Notes: generated from the sequence alone by a model not told the origin. A DNA stretch of 64,000 nt from Bacteroidales bacterium (GCA_023229525.1 JALNZC010000019.1:4914-68913), one strand, 5' to 3'. Shown: positions 41,087 through 52,504, counted from the first letter of the stretch. Translations and numbers: made by a program.

Positions 41087-41129
41087 CTCTTTTTCTTTAT
41101 ATCAATGTTCGAAGACCGTTTATTAACAC

Positions 41130-42431
41130 ATGAAAACAGGCTTTATCTGTGTTTTTATTTTCTTATTATGCAGCCTGTGTGAAACTCAACAAATCCGCAC
41201 GGAATCGATCAGCTATTGTTTTGAGAATAAAGATACGCCCATTTTTCATCCCCTTGCCTGCCAGGAGGCGATATCTTTATCCTTAACCAGCGTTAATGTT
41301 CCTTCTTTCCGAAAAAAGACGATCCTGGCAAACAAAACAATGAATAAGATTCCACAAGCCAGACTGGACCAAACGACTATTCCGGGAAAGCAGTCCCATG
41401 ATTCCTTGCTAATCAATAAATTAAATCGTATTCGTTCAAGGATCAACGAGCTTGATTTGAATGAGCCAGTGGTCAGGAATTTTCTATTTTCTCCCCCGGA
41501 TAATTCCGATTTTCCATCGATGATCATGTTAAGTCAGGAATCTTTTTTGCGGATTAGTTTTGACAATGATATCCTGGATTATACCGACCGGTTTTATACC
41601 AATGGGATCAAAATTGATGTTATTTTACCGCTATTTTGTAGAAATCCCGTCAGCCGGCTTATGATACCCTACTGGGGACCAGGAAAAAACTATTATGGAA
41701 TTTCTTTGGTTCAAAACATGTATACTCCTTCAACAACCAAAATCGGAGGATTATTATATAACGACAGGCCCTATGCGGCATATCTGTATTTCGGAAGTTT
41801 TAAGATCACCAATGATGTCGTCCATCATTTCAGGCAAACCTCTGAACTCTTGCTTGGGATCATTGGCCCCGGTTCTTATGGAGAATGGGTGCAGCGTTCT
41901 TTTCACAACAGCATCCCCACCAATAACGAACCTTTGGGTTGGGAATACCAGATAAAAAATGATTTTCTCCTGAATTATGCTATCGCATTTGAAAAAGGGA
42001 TGATCAATCAAAAAAATATTGATCTCCGATTCATTTCAACTGCTGCTGTCGGTTCATTGTATACCAATCTGAGTGGGGGTTTTCAAGTCAGGGCAGGATG
42101 GATGAATCCATATTTCTCTAACCTTGGATTAGCGCGCGCCATTTCCCTGAAGGAATCCCAACTAAGGAAATTCCAACTCTATTTTTTCATGGGAGGTTCA
42201 GGCAAACTAATCGGGTATGATGCCACATTGGAGGGCGGTATGTTTAACAAAACCAGTCCATATACGTTAACCGCCGATCAGATTTCCCGGATTGTGTTTC
42301 AGAGTTCAGCCGGTTTAACCTTAAATTACAGGGGTTTTAAGCTGGACATAGAACAGTATATTCTGAGTCCGGAGTTTACCCATGGATGGTGGCACAAGTG
42401 GGTACATATTGGTCTTAACTTTTGTTTGTAG
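41130..42431 (+). CDS. LpxR/DUF2219-family outer-membrane protein (lipid A 3-O-deacylase-like)
   Basis: DNDIL..TDRFYTNG, QNMYTP, DRPYAAYLY, GWEYQIKN; long N-terminal extension. Confidence 0.8.
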   Translation: MKTGFICVFIFLLCSLCETQQIRTESISYCFENKDTPIFHPLACQEAISLSLTSVNVPSFRKKTILANKTMNKIPQARLDQTTIPGKQSHDSLLINKLNRIRSRINELDLNEPVVRNFLFSPPDNSDFPSMIMLSQESFLRISFDNDILDYTDRFYTNGIKIDVILPLFCRNPVSRLMIPYWGPGKNYYGISLVQNMYTPSTTKIGGLLYNDRPYAAYLYFGSFKITNDVVHHFRQTSELLLGIIGPGSYGEWVQRSFHNSIPTNNEPLGWEYQIKNDFLLNYAIAFEKGMINQKNIDLRFISTAAVGSLYTNLSGGFQVRAGWMNPYFSNLGLARAISLKESQLRKFQLYFFMGGSGKLIGYDATLEGGMFNKTSPYTLTADQISRIVFQSSAGLTLNYRGFKLDIEQYILSPEFTHGWWHKWVHIGLNFCL

Positions 42432-42436
42432 AAGGA

Positions 42437-42652
42437 TTAATGTTCTCGCGCACTATATCTCAATCTGATTTCCGCTTCCCGTTTCTTATCCGAAATATAA
42501 ATTATGGTCCGGCCATCGTCAAGTACGACAGGATATTTATTTACGACTGAACCGATTGATAGTTTTGACTTTGGGACAACACCCTGATAGTTGGGCGCTT
42601 CCATTTTGTTTTCATGCGAATCACGTTTCCTGATATGTTGGTTATTTTTCAT
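42437..42652 (-). CDS. Small hypothetical protein
   Basis: ORF ending KYPVVLDDGRTIIYISDKKREAEIRLRY; start uncertain. Confidence 0.45.
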   Translation of the reverse strand: MKNNQHIRKRDSHENKMEAPNYQGVVPKSKLSIGSVVNKYPVVLDDGRTIIYISDKKREAEIRLRYSAREH

Positions 42653-42926
42653 GGTTTCCGATACTTTTGATAAAATCCTGTGTAAGAAACGGGACAATTT
42701 TGGTTTTATTCTGGAGATGCTTGTATCGTATTGAATCAGTGAGCAATAAATCGACAAAAGTATATATTCCTGAAAAACCTGAACTTATTGGCCAGGTTTT
42801 TCACGGCTGTTCTTTTTGAAAGGTTTTGAAAGTGGTAAGTGTTTCTCTCTCATGTTGACGTGTCATTTTTCATCTTGTTTTATTTTTCTTCAGGTTGTCG
42901 TTAATTATTAATTTTACAGGAAAAAT

Positions 42927-43961
42927 ATGAAAAAGTCATCCCTGATTCTAAGTATTTTAATGCTGATTTGCATCGGCGTTTCTTTAGCTCAAGTCGCTAA
43001 ATCAGGATACAGGATTGCTAATAAGATTTGCCTCGAAGGTGATGGAGGATGGGATTATCTTACCATTGATGATGCCACCTCCCGTTTATATATTTCTCAC
43101 GGAACAATTGTTCAGATTTTGGATGTGAACGAGAAAAAAGTTGTAGGGACCATTCCCGATACAAAAGGAGTTCATGGAATCGCTTTGGCAAAGGATATCA
43201 ATAAAGGATTTATCAGTAATGGCAGAGACACATCTGTGACTGTCTTTGATCTTAAAACGCTACAATTTATTACAAAAGTAAAAGTGACCGGCAATAATCC
43301 GGATGCCATACTTTATGATCCTTTTTCACATAAGGTTTTTACCTTTAACGGGAGAAGTTCCAATTCCACCGTGATTGATGCAAATTCAAATAAAGTGATT
43401 GGGACTATTGAACTTCCCGGAAAACCCGAATTTTCTGTCACTGATGCTGAGGGGAAAGTATATGTAAATATTGAAGATAAAAGTTTGGTTTGTTTGATCA
43501 GTCCCATGACCTTAAAGATTGAAAAAACATGGTCTGTCGCACCCGGAGAAGAACCAAGCGGGTTAGCAATTGACATTAAAGATCATCGACTATTTGTAGT
43601 GTGTGGTAACAAGTTGATGATCGTTTTAGATGCGGATAACGGAACGGTTGTTTCTAAATTGGACATTGGAGATAGAGTTGATGGGGTTGCATTTGACCCG
43701 ATCTTAAAAAGGATTTATAGTTCTAATGGCGAGGGAACGATGACAGTTGTTCAGCAAGAGAATAAAGATTCATATAAAGTAACTGAAAATTTCCCAACTC
43801 AAAAAGGAGCAAGAACGATTACATTAAATCCTAAAACACATCGTATCTATCTTTCCACTGCTGAATTCGGTCCTGCTCCGGCAGCTACAACAGAAAATCC
43901 GCGCCCCCGTCCTTCTGCGAAAGCAAATACATTTATGATCATTGAAATCGAACCGATGTAA
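42927..43961 (+). CDS. YncE-family beta-propeller protein
   Basis: GDGGWDYL, GVHGIA, GFISNG, NPDAILYD, TQKGART. Confidence 0.88.
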   Translation: MKKSSLILSILMLICIGVSLAQVAKSGYRIANKICLEGDGGWDYLTIDDATSRLYISHGTIVQILDVNEKKVVGTIPDTKGVHGIALAKDINKGFISNGRDTSVTVFDLKTLQFITKVKVTGNNPDAILYDPFSHKVFTFNGRSSNSTVIDANSNKVIGTIELPGKPEFSVTDAEGKVYVNIEDKSLVCLISPMTLKIEKTWSVAPGEEPSGLAIDIKDHRLFVVCGNKLMIVLDADNGTVVSKLDIGDRVDGVAFDPILKRIYSSNGEGTMTVVQQENKDSYKVTENFPTQKGARTITLNPKTHRIYLSTAEFGPAPAATTENPRPRPSAKANTFMIIEIEPM

Positions 43962-44032
43962 ATTTTATTAACATCACCATTTCATCAGGAAGAGCAAACC
44001 CACTTCAATTGCATAATACAAAGAAATGAAAT

Positions 44033-44647
44033 ATGAAAAATCCTGAAAGTTTTATTCCTGATTTAAAAGAGCTTGGACTTCTGATGTTGGGTTTTCTCCC
44101 TTGGCTGCTTTTTCTCTTTTTTTCCGGTAACACGATGTCTAGTCTGAAAATAGCGATTGTCATCAGTCTGGTTACTTCGGTTGTGTTTGGTTTTGGCGAT
44201 TTAAAACGAGGGTTTATCCTTCAATGGGGTACCTGCCTCTTTTTTTTTATTTGTCTTATCACGGTTGATTTCCTGAATAATTTATGGGTGGCCAAGGAAA
44301 TGGATTTATTATCCAATCTGGCGCTTTCAACTATTATGTGGTTTTCTGTTATAATCGGCAAACCTTTTGCTTTGCAATACGCCCGGAGAGGTTTGCCGAA
44401 AGAACACTGGAATGATAAAAATTTCGTCCGTGGTTGCAGGTTTATTACCGTGGTTTGGGCCTGTCTGATGACCTTTGCAGTCCTGATATCAATCCTCAAG
44501 AGAACCACTTGGTTGCCTTCTTCCAACGGAGTTTATTTTGATATAACGATCTTAAATATTGTGGTTGGACTTACTTTCACCACCATCTTTAAAAGGAAAA
44601 AACGGTTGCAACGCGAACATGTCAATGTGAATTCTATAGGGAAATAA
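44033..44647 (+). CDS. Membrane protein of unknown function
   Basis: Six hydrophobic segments; GFLPW and GKPFALQYAR motifs. Confidence 0.75.
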   Translation: MKNPESFIPDLKELGLLMLGFLPWLLFLFFSGNTMSSLKIAIVISLVTSVVFGFGDLKRGFILQWGTCLFFFICLITVDFLNNLWVAKEMDLLSNLALSTIMWFSVIIGKPFALQYARRGLPKEHWNDKNFVRGCRFITVVWACLMTFAVLISILKRTTWLPSSNGVYFDITILNIVVGLTFTTIFKRKKRLQREHVNVNSIGK

Positions 44648-44758
44648 AGAGGTCATTTCCATATGTCTATTTCGTCTATCTTTCTGAAAGCAATACATAG
44701 GAGGAAAAAGGAATTAAACAAATGGAGTGGAATCGTCATAAAATCATTTCAGATCAAC

Positions 44759-46216
44759 CTATGGTTTTATAACCGAAGCTTCCCTTTCAGGGATTTCTGC
44801 CCAGCCCGGCTTTTTGAATATCCTGAAAAGCCAGAAGGGCAACATCCAGATAAGAGTCCCGACGATCATCATGAGAAAATATCCCCAGAAAGAAATATTG
44901 GTGACACCGTCGGGACGGATCAGGGCCATGATTCCTGAGAAGACCGTGGAAATGAATCCCAGACCGGCAATGATCCAGACTCCGGGTTTACCTCCCATGA
45001 TCTTAAAAGGACGCGGGGTATCCGGTTGTTTGTAACGCAACATGATGACCGCGGCAAAAATCGGCAGGTAATAAATACATAAGAGCGTAGTGGTATAGGA
45101 TGAAAACACCCAGTAAACTTCATTGATCCCTGGTATCACTGCCATGGCAATTGCCAGAAATGTAATGAGTATTCCCTGAACCATGAGTGTGCCGATAGGA
45201 GAACCGTGCTTATTTTCATTACGGAAAAATTTTGGCAAGGTCCCTGCCTTTGAGATCGGTACCATGCTTAATAAAGGTCCAAGCATCCAGGCACTCATCA
45301 GTGATATCCCGCCAATAGCCAGGAGGATGGCCATAACGGGGACCGCCCAGCCCATTCCGAAAGCCGAGAACATGGTCTCTGTAACCTGGATCACGCCTCC
45401 GTTAAGTGAGATATCCTTCAAGGGAATGACCATAGCGATAGGCAATGTTCCCAGAACACTGAGCACAAAGATGAGGATTGTAGCAAGGAACATGGCTCTG
45501 GGATATGATTTCTGCGGATTTGAAACCTGGCTGGCATAGTAACCCGACATCTCGATCCCGGCAAAGGTCAGAATGATGGATGATGAATAGACAAGAGCGC
45601 CTAAATTCAGTTTCGGGACGAGGCCCGACCAGGTAAAGGGGGGTAGTTGACTGGTCTTCCCCGTGAAGATCCATGCCAGACCAAGTATGATCAGTATGAC
45701 AGAAGGGATGATGGCGCCCAGGAGAGTCCCGGCAGAGCTTAATTTTGCTGCTATTGCCGGACCAAGGAAATTGAACAAGGTCAACCCCCACCAAACGACC
45801 AGCATTACGATGGCAAGAAAAACATGGTTTGGCAATCCAAGGATATGGGCGTTCGGATCGGGACTGAAAATATAGGCAATCGAAACTGCAATAAAAGAGA
45901 GTACAGTCGGATACCATGGGATATTTTCAACCACAACTGCCCAGATTGACATGAACCCGGTTCTTGTATTGAATGCTTCTTCAATCCATGAATAAATACC
46001 CCCTCCACTGGGCCAGGCGGATGCTAATTCAGCCGATACCAGGGCAAGGGGGAGAAGAAAGAGAAAAGAGCCTACAAAATACCAGGTGAACAATTGCCAG
46101 CCTTCGTTGGCCATACTCGGATAATTCCTGACCGATAAAACGGCCGCGACACTGATCATGGACAGCATCAGCATGCCCATGGTCTTCTTTTTCGGTGTTT
46201 GTTTCAGATCGCTCAT
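44759..46216 (-). CDS. APC-family amino acid permease/antiporter (GadC-like)
   Basis: VAAVLSVRNYPSMA, LVSAELAS..PSGGGIYSW, FAGIEMS, LRYKQPDTPRPF; about 12 TM segments. Confidence 0.88.
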   Translation of the reverse strand: MSDLKQTPKKKTMGMLMLSMISVAAVLSVRNYPSMANEGWQLFTWYFVGSFLFLLPLALVSAELASAWPSGGGIYSWIEEAFNTRTGFMSIWAVVVENIPWYPTVLSFIAVSIAYIFSPDPNAHILGLPNHVFLAIVMLVVWWGLTLFNFLGPAIAAKLSSAGTLLGAIIPSVILIILGLAWIFTGKTSQLPPFTWSGLVPKLNLGALVYSSSIILTFAGIEMSGYYASQVSNPQKSYPRAMFLATILIFVLSVLGTLPIAMVIPLKDISLNGGVIQVTETMFSAFGMGWAVPVMAILLAIGGISLMSAWMLGPLLSMVPISKAGTLPKFFRNENKHGSPIGTLMVQGILITFLAIAMAVIPGINEVYWVFSSYTTTLLCIYYLPIFAAVIMLRYKQPDTPRPFKIMGGKPGVWIIAGLGFISTVFSGIMALIRPDGVTNISFWGYFLMMIVGTLIWMLPFWLFRIFKKPGWAEIPEREASVIKP

Positions 46217-46227
46217 TAAACAGAAAT

Positions 46228-48510
46228 TTAAATTTTTATACAATACATCATATATACCCCATTTTCATTTTCAATCCCGTGAGTATCATGTTCGAAACCG
46301 GGAAATCGATTATCAAAATCCTGAAGGGTTTTTAAATAGGCTAATATAGGCTCATTCAGAGATCCGGCGCGCTCACCACCCATGAGTAACGGAATTCCCG
46401 GAGGATAAGGAACAATTCCTCCAGCCATTATCCGCCCCTGTGCCTGTTCAAGGGAAACCCTTTCCACATTGTTTTTAACAAGATGGCGGTATGCCTCGGC
46501 CGGTGTCATCACCGGTTCAGGCAAGGCCGAAAATGCTTCATCCAATAGTTGCAACTGTCTTGAATCACGTTTGAATTCATGCATATCACGTGCAAGCTGG
46601 GGCAATGATTTCCCGCTGTAAACCCCGGGATATTTTTCAACCAGGTCGGGAAAAACATCCGCCAGCATCGCATTTTCATCATACAAGGTTTTGAAACTGA
46701 AAAATCTTGTGGTCAGCGTTCCCCACTTTCCTTTGGTTATACCCATCGAAAAGAGGAATAACACACTGTAATCGCCCGACTTTTCATTGATTATCCCTTC
46801 GCAATCCAGGTATTTGATCAGTATGGCCGCCGGTATTCCCCATGAAGAGAGGGATCCGTTCCGCTCAACGCCTGGGGTTAGTACCGTAACTTTAATAGGA
46901 TCCAGCATGGCGTATCCTTCATCGATATCTCCGAAACCATGCCAGCTTTCTCCCGGATGTAGAACCCAGCAGGATGGATCCTTTGCCAGTAATTCTATCG
47001 GGGCATCTGCAAAATTGATACGCTTCCCGGTAGCCGGATTGGTGACTTCGTCGGGTTGCCACATCTCAAACCACCAGTCTTTGGTATTATCGTTCATGAT
47101 CTTCCTGCGTATCCTCGCCATAGTTGTACGGAAGGTAACAGCTTCCATGATGCTTTCATCGGTAAGGGCCTTACCCATCGGCCCTTCCATCATTTTTGCC
47201 GAAACATCACAGGAGGCAATGATGGCATAGGAAGGTGAGGTGGATGTATGCATCATGAATGATTCATTGAACCGGTTGTGCTCTATGGGTTGACGCCCTT
47301 CTTTGATATGCACCATCGAAGCCTGGGAAATTGCCGCAAGCAGTTTATGTGTTGATTGGGATGCAAAAACTGTGGGGGCATCGGGATCCCTCGCCCCATC
47401 CCTCATTCCGTAACGGTCTCTGTATATCGGGTTGAACCTGGCATAAGCGTACCAGGCCTCATCAAAATGCAGCCTTGGAACTATTTTCCCCAGTATATTT
47501 TCCACTTCCATGGCATTATAACAAATCCCGTCGTAGGTAGAATTTGTCACGACGGCATATACCGGGGTTGCTGCCTTATCAGAGACCAGGGGGCATTCCC
47601 TGATCTTTCTCCGGATGTTCTCAGGGTCCATCTGATCCTTACGGATGGGCCCGATGATACCCAGATGATTCCTTACCGGGACCATCCATACCGGCCGGGA
47701 ACCGGTGAGTATTGTTGAATGTTCAAGTGATTTATGGCAGTTACGGTCAATAAGTACCACGTCGCCCTCTACCGCACAGGCCATGAAAATGATTTTATTT
47801 GCAGTGGAAGTACCATTTGTGACATAATACGTGCGGTCGGCGCCGAATACTTTTGCAGCAAACCTTTCTCCCGCACCTATCGCCCCTGAATGATCGAGAA
47901 GGGAGCCCAGTTCCCCCACTGAAATGGAGAGGTCGGAACGGAATAACTGTTCTCCAAAGAAATTATAAAATATCCGCCCCGCCGGAGATTTCAGAAAAGC
48001 CGTGCCACCGGTATGACCTGGAGTATGCCAGGAATACTCAAAATCGTCGGCAAAATTGACCAGCGCTTCGAAAAAGGGTGGCAGTAATCGGTTCCGGTAC
48101 CTGCGGGCGGCCGCTTCAATGCGTCCAGCAATAAAATCACGGGTATCTTCCAGGATCCAGAAATTTTCGGAGATGATCCTTTCAATTTCCAGCGGGATTG
48201 TCATCAGCACATCAGGCCGTATCGATAAAAAAATCGGAATCTCATGGTTTCTGCTCCTGATGTTCAGTATAAGGTTTTTTGCCAGATTGCGGTTCTCGGC
48301 AACCAAAGGGTCCCAGTCGACGATCACGGCATCCAGTTCCGGCAACCTGATAATACCTGACAAGGCCGATTCAAATGATTTCCATTCCGTTACATTGATT
48401 TCGATCTCGTTCATTTTTTTGATCAATTCATGCATGGCATGCCCGTCGGGAGTGTCTTTGCATAATTCGTCATCAACAATGGCGATGTTCAGTTTTTCGT
48501 ATAAGTACAT
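46228..48510 (-). CDS. PLP-dependent Orn/Lys/Arg decarboxylase (AdiA/CadA family, with wing domain)
   Basis: WHTPGHTGG, YVTNGTSTANK, DRNCHKS, HFDEAW, STHK (PLP lysine), PYPPGIPLL, FPGFEHDTHG. Confidence 0.93.
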   Translation of the reverse strand: MYLYEKLNIAIVDDELCKDTPDGHAMHELIKKMNEIEINVTEWKSFESALSGIIRLPELDAVIVDWDPLVAENRNLAKNLILNIRSRNHEIPIFLSIRPDVLMTIPLEIERIISENFWILEDTRDFIAGRIEAAARRYRNRLLPPFFEALVNFADDFEYSWHTPGHTGGTAFLKSPAGRIFYNFFGEQLFRSDLSISVGELGSLLDHSGAIGAGERFAAKVFGADRTYYVTNGTSTANKIIFMACAVEGDVVLIDRNCHKSLEHSTILTGSRPVWMVPVRNHLGIIGPIRKDQMDPENIRRKIRECPLVSDKAATPVYAVVTNSTYDGICYNAMEVENILGKIVPRLHFDEAWYAYARFNPIYRDRYGMRDGARDPDAPTVFASQSTHKLLAAISQASMVHIKEGRQPIEHNRFNESFMMHTSTSPSYAIIASCDVSAKMMEGPMGKALTDESIMEAVTFRTTMARIRRKIMNDNTKDWWFEMWQPDEVTNPATGKRINFADAPIELLAKDPSCWVLHPGESWHGFGDIDEGYAMLDPIKVTVLTPGVERNGSLSSWGIPAAILIKYLDCEGIINEKSGDYSVLFLFSMGITKGKWGTLTTRFFSFKTLYDENAMLADVFPDLVEKYPGVYSGKSLPQLARDMHEFKRDSRQLQLLDEAFSALPEPVMTPAEAYRHLVKNNVERVSLEQAQGRIMAGGIVPYPPGIPLLMGGERAGSLNEPILAYLKTLQDFDNRFPGFEHDTHGIENENGVYMMYCIKI

Positions 48511-48780
48511 GAATCCTCCTTTGTTATTTGGTAATTTAAATGATATCGGTCTAAATACCCATTGGTCTATCGGGGAATCCGGATACGTTTTTTTTATGGA
48601 CTCATCCCCAGGGACTGATAATTCATAGTAAAATTAATTAAATTTTAAAATAATTCTGATTTTATTACTTTTTCATAAGCCAGGTTGGTAAGATCATTAC
48701 ATATTTAAATATCAATTATATTTTTACCTGTCATGAAAATGCCATCCAATGGTCATACTTTTGTATAGAATTAAGCAAGT

Positions 48781-49233
48781 ATGAAGTTCAGGATAAAAGA
48801 ATGGATCCGGCGATATGCCTGGGCAGAAGTGTTCAGCACTCTCCTCACCTTTCTCTTCGGATGGGCCTCATCCGGCATTACGAAAAATTCTGTAGTTATT
48901 GCCTATGCCGGTACAATTGGCGCTACCGCCGGGTTTTACGGCTTCATCTTCATCCGGGATATTTACTTCAGTTATTTAAAGCATGAACCGGATACGATCT
49001 GGGTAAAATCCCTGCTTGTTGTGCGTTGTCTGCGGGATATGGGATTTGAATTCGGCCTTGCTGAACTGCTCGATTTCCTTCTGGTCCGGCCCTTCTGTTT
49101 ACTATACGGGCCTGTCATTTTGAAAAATTATTTTTTGGGGATCCTTGTAGGAAAGACAACTGCTGATATCATCTTTTTTACCATTTCCATTCTCATGTTC
49201 GAGATCCGGAAAAAACATCTTCACTGGTTCTGA
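48781..49233 (+). CDS. Membrane protein of unknown function
   Basis: EWIRRY..AE, EFGLAELLD..LVRP, GKTTADIIF; hydrophobic. Confidence 0.7.
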   Translation: MKFRIKEWIRRYAWAEVFSTLLTFLFGWASSGITKNSVVIAYAGTIGATAGFYGFIFIRDIYFSYLKHEPDTIWVKSLLVVRCLRDMGFEFGLAELLDFLLVRPFCLLYGPVILKNYFLGILVGKTTADIIFFTISILMFEIRKKHLHWF

Positions 49234-49307
49234 GATTCATATTAAAGTCTTTTCTATTTTTACCGAAACAGGTTTGTCTGAAAAACATTAACTAATCCTT
49301 AAACATT

Positions 49308-50477
49308 ATGGAAAAGATTTACAGATGGTTCAGGTCCTTTATCGTGGTAATGGCATTATTAATGGCATTGCTGATTGCATTTTCGACTTGCCTTAGCGGC
49401 CAGAACAAAACAGACAGCCTTACTGATAATTTGAAAGCTGAGATGTACAAAAAGCTGAAGCATTTTACCTTTGGTTTTTATGTTGATGCCTATTATAACG
49501 GAACCATTAACAGCAGGAGTGACACTTCAAATGTTGTGCCTTTCGCAAGCAACTGCCCTATTCAGAATCAGTCACGACTGAATGTCGCAGCCATTGAAAT
49601 AGGCTACACCGCCGATAAGGTTAGGGGAATGCTTGCACTTCAGTTCGGTGATGCTCCTAACCTGCTGGCTACACCGGAGTCCGAGTTCATTAAAACCCTT
49701 AGACAGGCTAATTTCGGATTTCATCTCAGTAAAAAATTATGGCTTGATTTCGGTTATTTCCTGAATCCGGTTGGTTTGGAATCAACATGGCCTGTTCTCA
49801 ACGACCTGAGTACCGTGAGTATAGGTGGGTATTATGAACCGGGGAATGTGCTGGGGGTAAAACTTACCTGGAATGCTTCTGATAAATTCTGGGGTGGGAT
49901 TATGTTTGGGAATCATTATTCTCTGGCTTACGGGAAAAACACGCATATGGCTGTACTGGTATTTGTCTATTACCAACCCATACCCAGGCTTACGCTCAAT
50001 TACAATAATCTTTTCGGCAACCAGGCTCTTAAAAGTGCACAGATCAAGAACGATATTCTGTATAATAACTTCATTATTCAGTACAATCCTATTGATCCTG
50101 TGTTCTTCACCGGTCAATTAGATTTTGCAGCACAATCCAACAGCCAGATGACTCCCGATACGAATAAAATCGCAACCATGTTTTCAGGTCTGATCGAGGC
50201 GAAGTATGTCTTTCTGACCAAGTTTGCGGTCACAGGAAGATATGAATTTTTCAATGATTATGATGGTTTTCTCTCAGGTCTTTATTTCTACAATAACCGG
50301 AATCGTGGACTTTTCACACAGGGGTTTTCCGTCGGGTTCGAATACAAACCCATTAAAATCGGCTATCTCAGACTGGAATACAAGCATTTATATGCAGATC
50401 CTGGCAATAACATTTTCATTAGCGAGAAGAGCGACCAGTTACAATCTCTTGTTTTTACAACGGGAGTAAGATTCTGA
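49308..50477 (+). CDS. Outer-membrane beta-barrel porin (BBP2/DUF1597-like)
   Basis: Signal peptide, GFYVDAYY, GYF..PVGLES, RYEFF, RLEYK, terminal Phe. Confidence 0.8.
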   Translation: MEKIYRWFRSFIVVMALLMALLIAFSTCLSGQNKTDSLTDNLKAEMYKKLKHFTFGFYVDAYYNGTINSRSDTSNVVPFASNCPIQNQSRLNVAAIEIGYTADKVRGMLALQFGDAPNLLATPESEFIKTLRQANFGFHLSKKLWLDFGYFLNPVGLESTWPVLNDLSTVSIGGYYEPGNVLGVKLTWNASDKFWGGIMFGNHYSLAYGKNTHMAVLVFVYYQPIPRLTLNYNNLFGNQALKSAQIKNDILYNNFIIQYNPIDPVFFTGQLDFAAQSNSQMTPDTNKIATMFSGLIEAKYVFLTKFAVTGRYEFFNDYDGFLSGLYFYNNRNRGLFTQGFSVGFEYKPIKIGYLRLEYKHLYADPGNNIFISEKSDQLQSLVFTTGVRF

Positions 50478-50925
50478 ACAGGATAAACAAAAAAACTTTT
50501 AAAAAGGAAGGGGTGAAACAGATGATATTTTTACACGATACCCCGTGTCATTTCAGGGGTACAGAAGATATTTCAGATACGAGCTATGTATCCGATCATG
50601 TATCCTATAAAAACCACCTACAATATATTTTGTAAGTGGCTGAATTCTCGGCTCCCCTTACTGCTAAAAGTTGTAACTATTTGACTTCCTTCCTACAGAT
50701 TTAAAGCGTTCATCTTCTGGACAATCAATTTTAATGAATGATGGGGGATCAATACCTTTTTGAAAAAAGTGTATCATATTCACCGGTAACACAATCAAAA
50801 TATACAAGGTGACTGTCCACCAATCCATAAATCCGTGATTGTGCTCCCATCTTGTTGTTTGAACATTAAATAAAAAATACGTTCAGGACAAGCGAAACAG
50901 GTTTATTTTCTTGTGGGGTAACATC

Positions 50926-51828
50926 TTACTGAATCACCAACTTTTTACTTTCAATTCCTAATTTGCTCTGAATTTTCACAAGGTAAATTCCTTTTGCCAG
51001 CATACTCACATCCATTTCAATCGGATTTTGGTTTTGGAATTTATCTTGCTTAACCTGTTCACCTTTCATATTTAAAACACTTATCGTGGTTTCTCCAAGA
51101 AATTTGTTGTAATTGGCAATTGTGATTTTATTATATGTTGGATTTGGGGCAATTAGAATTTGATTTTCGGCAACAGCGTTTTCAATAATTGATGTTAGCC
51201 TACATTCATTACCTGGTGATGAAGTCCAGGCAATTTGATTATTTATTCTCACGCACCATAAATCATTCCCAAATTCAAATATAGGAGCAATAGGAGCAAA
51301 AGCACCAAGAGTGGTTCCAATACCCTCAATCAGTGCTGCGTAATTATCATTAAGCCAATATCTTTTATGATACTGGTTGCCTATTAGAACTGAGTCTATA
51401 GATTGAACTATATTTTTGAATCCGACATATAGATATGTAATAGGCAAAGTATCACCGATATTCAAATTAAAGTCATAAGCAAGTGTATCTACCCCGTTTT
51501 CATATAAATAAATTTTTTTGTTTGTACTATCTTGTCTGAAAGCGCCATAATATCGTCCGTAATAATAGTAACCGGGAGGAGGACCAATAGAACTCATATA
51601 ACCATTTTTATACAGTATATGATACGTGTAAATGCCAATTGTTGTATCTCCGCCAATATATAAGTTGTAATCATCATCGACAATCGGACCAGAACCACCA
51701 ACCATATACCAATATCTTCCAACCCAAATAACATTTGACTCTGGAAAAGGGTGATAAACATTTGTCTGACCGTTAGAGAATTTGAAAGTCATTACCAAGA
51801 CTGCCAGAATTAATATTGATTTTTTCAT
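50926..51828 (-). CDS. Secreted protein with T9SS type A C-terminal domain
   Basis: MKKSILIL signal; YHPFPESNVIW, GDTTIG, YDFNLNIGDT, IEGIG; IAPNPT...KGIYLVKI...KKLVIQ. Confidence 0.87.
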   Translation of the reverse strand: MKKSILILAVLVMTFKFSNGQTNVYHPFPESNVIWVGRYWYMVGGSGPIVDDDYNLYIGGDTTIGIYTYHILYKNGYMSSIGPPPGYYYYGRYYGAFRQDSTNKKIYLYENGVDTLAYDFNLNIGDTLPITYLYVGFKNIVQSIDSVLIGNQYHKRYWLNDNYAALIEGIGTTLGAFAPIAPIFEFGNDLWCVRINNQIAWTSSPGNECRLTSIIENAVAENQILIAPNPTYNKITIANYNKFLGETTISVLNMKGEQVKQDKFQNQNPIEMDVSMLAKGIYLVKIQSKLGIESKKLVIQ

Positions 51829-51982
51829 TATTGTCTCGTTTTCTGTTTTATGGCTGATTGTTTTTAGCAATGGCACGAATGCTGCAGCTAAACCCCGTGC
51901 ATTGGTCTCCGGATCGCCCAACGATCCCGATATTTCAAAGCATAGAGTTTAGTTGCCATATTAGCAATAGATTATTCTATCA

Positions 51983-52504
51983 TTAGTTTACTGTTGTAAT
52001 GATTTGTTCCCATTGAGAAACGAACAAAATATAATCCCGCATGAAATGAACTGCAGCCGTATTATAAGCTGGGTTAGAATAAACAGACCCTTCTGGAGTG
52101 AAACTTGCATTTCCCACATTGACCCAATTGTCGCCATCAAATTTCACTACAGTCGCTTTGGCAGACGGACTGTTTGAATAGGCTATAGTAGGTTGACCAG
52201 ATGGACTATAACACGGATAAAATATACTCCGGATGTATTCCACGTTATTGATTAAAGCCAGTTTTAATGCTATTAACAGGTAATTACTTTCTGGTTGTTT
52301 TGTGTGTGTTGCAGAAACGAAAACAGCACCATTTGAGTTCCCAAAATTAACAATTATTGAAGATGTTCTTTGTCCGCTGGTAATTGTCGAACCAGTTGGA
52401 ACTGTCCATGCATATCCAACGGTACCAGATAATGGAGTAATGGAATAAATCTCCCCAGTGGAATTTATACAAGGGTTTTCGTTAGAAAGTACTTGTTTTT
52501 TCAT
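51983..52504 (-). pseudogene. Degenerate mosaic of secreted-protein domains (PKD-like and propeller pieces)
   Basis: MKKQV start with no signal h-region; YAWTVPTGSTITSGQRTSSIIVNFG; KATVVKFDGDNWVNVGNASF; no CTD. Confidence 0.55.

Noticed and set aside
50640-50670. tRNA gene near ctcggctcccct
   Set aside because: No cloverleaf or T-loop consensus; at most an att remnant.
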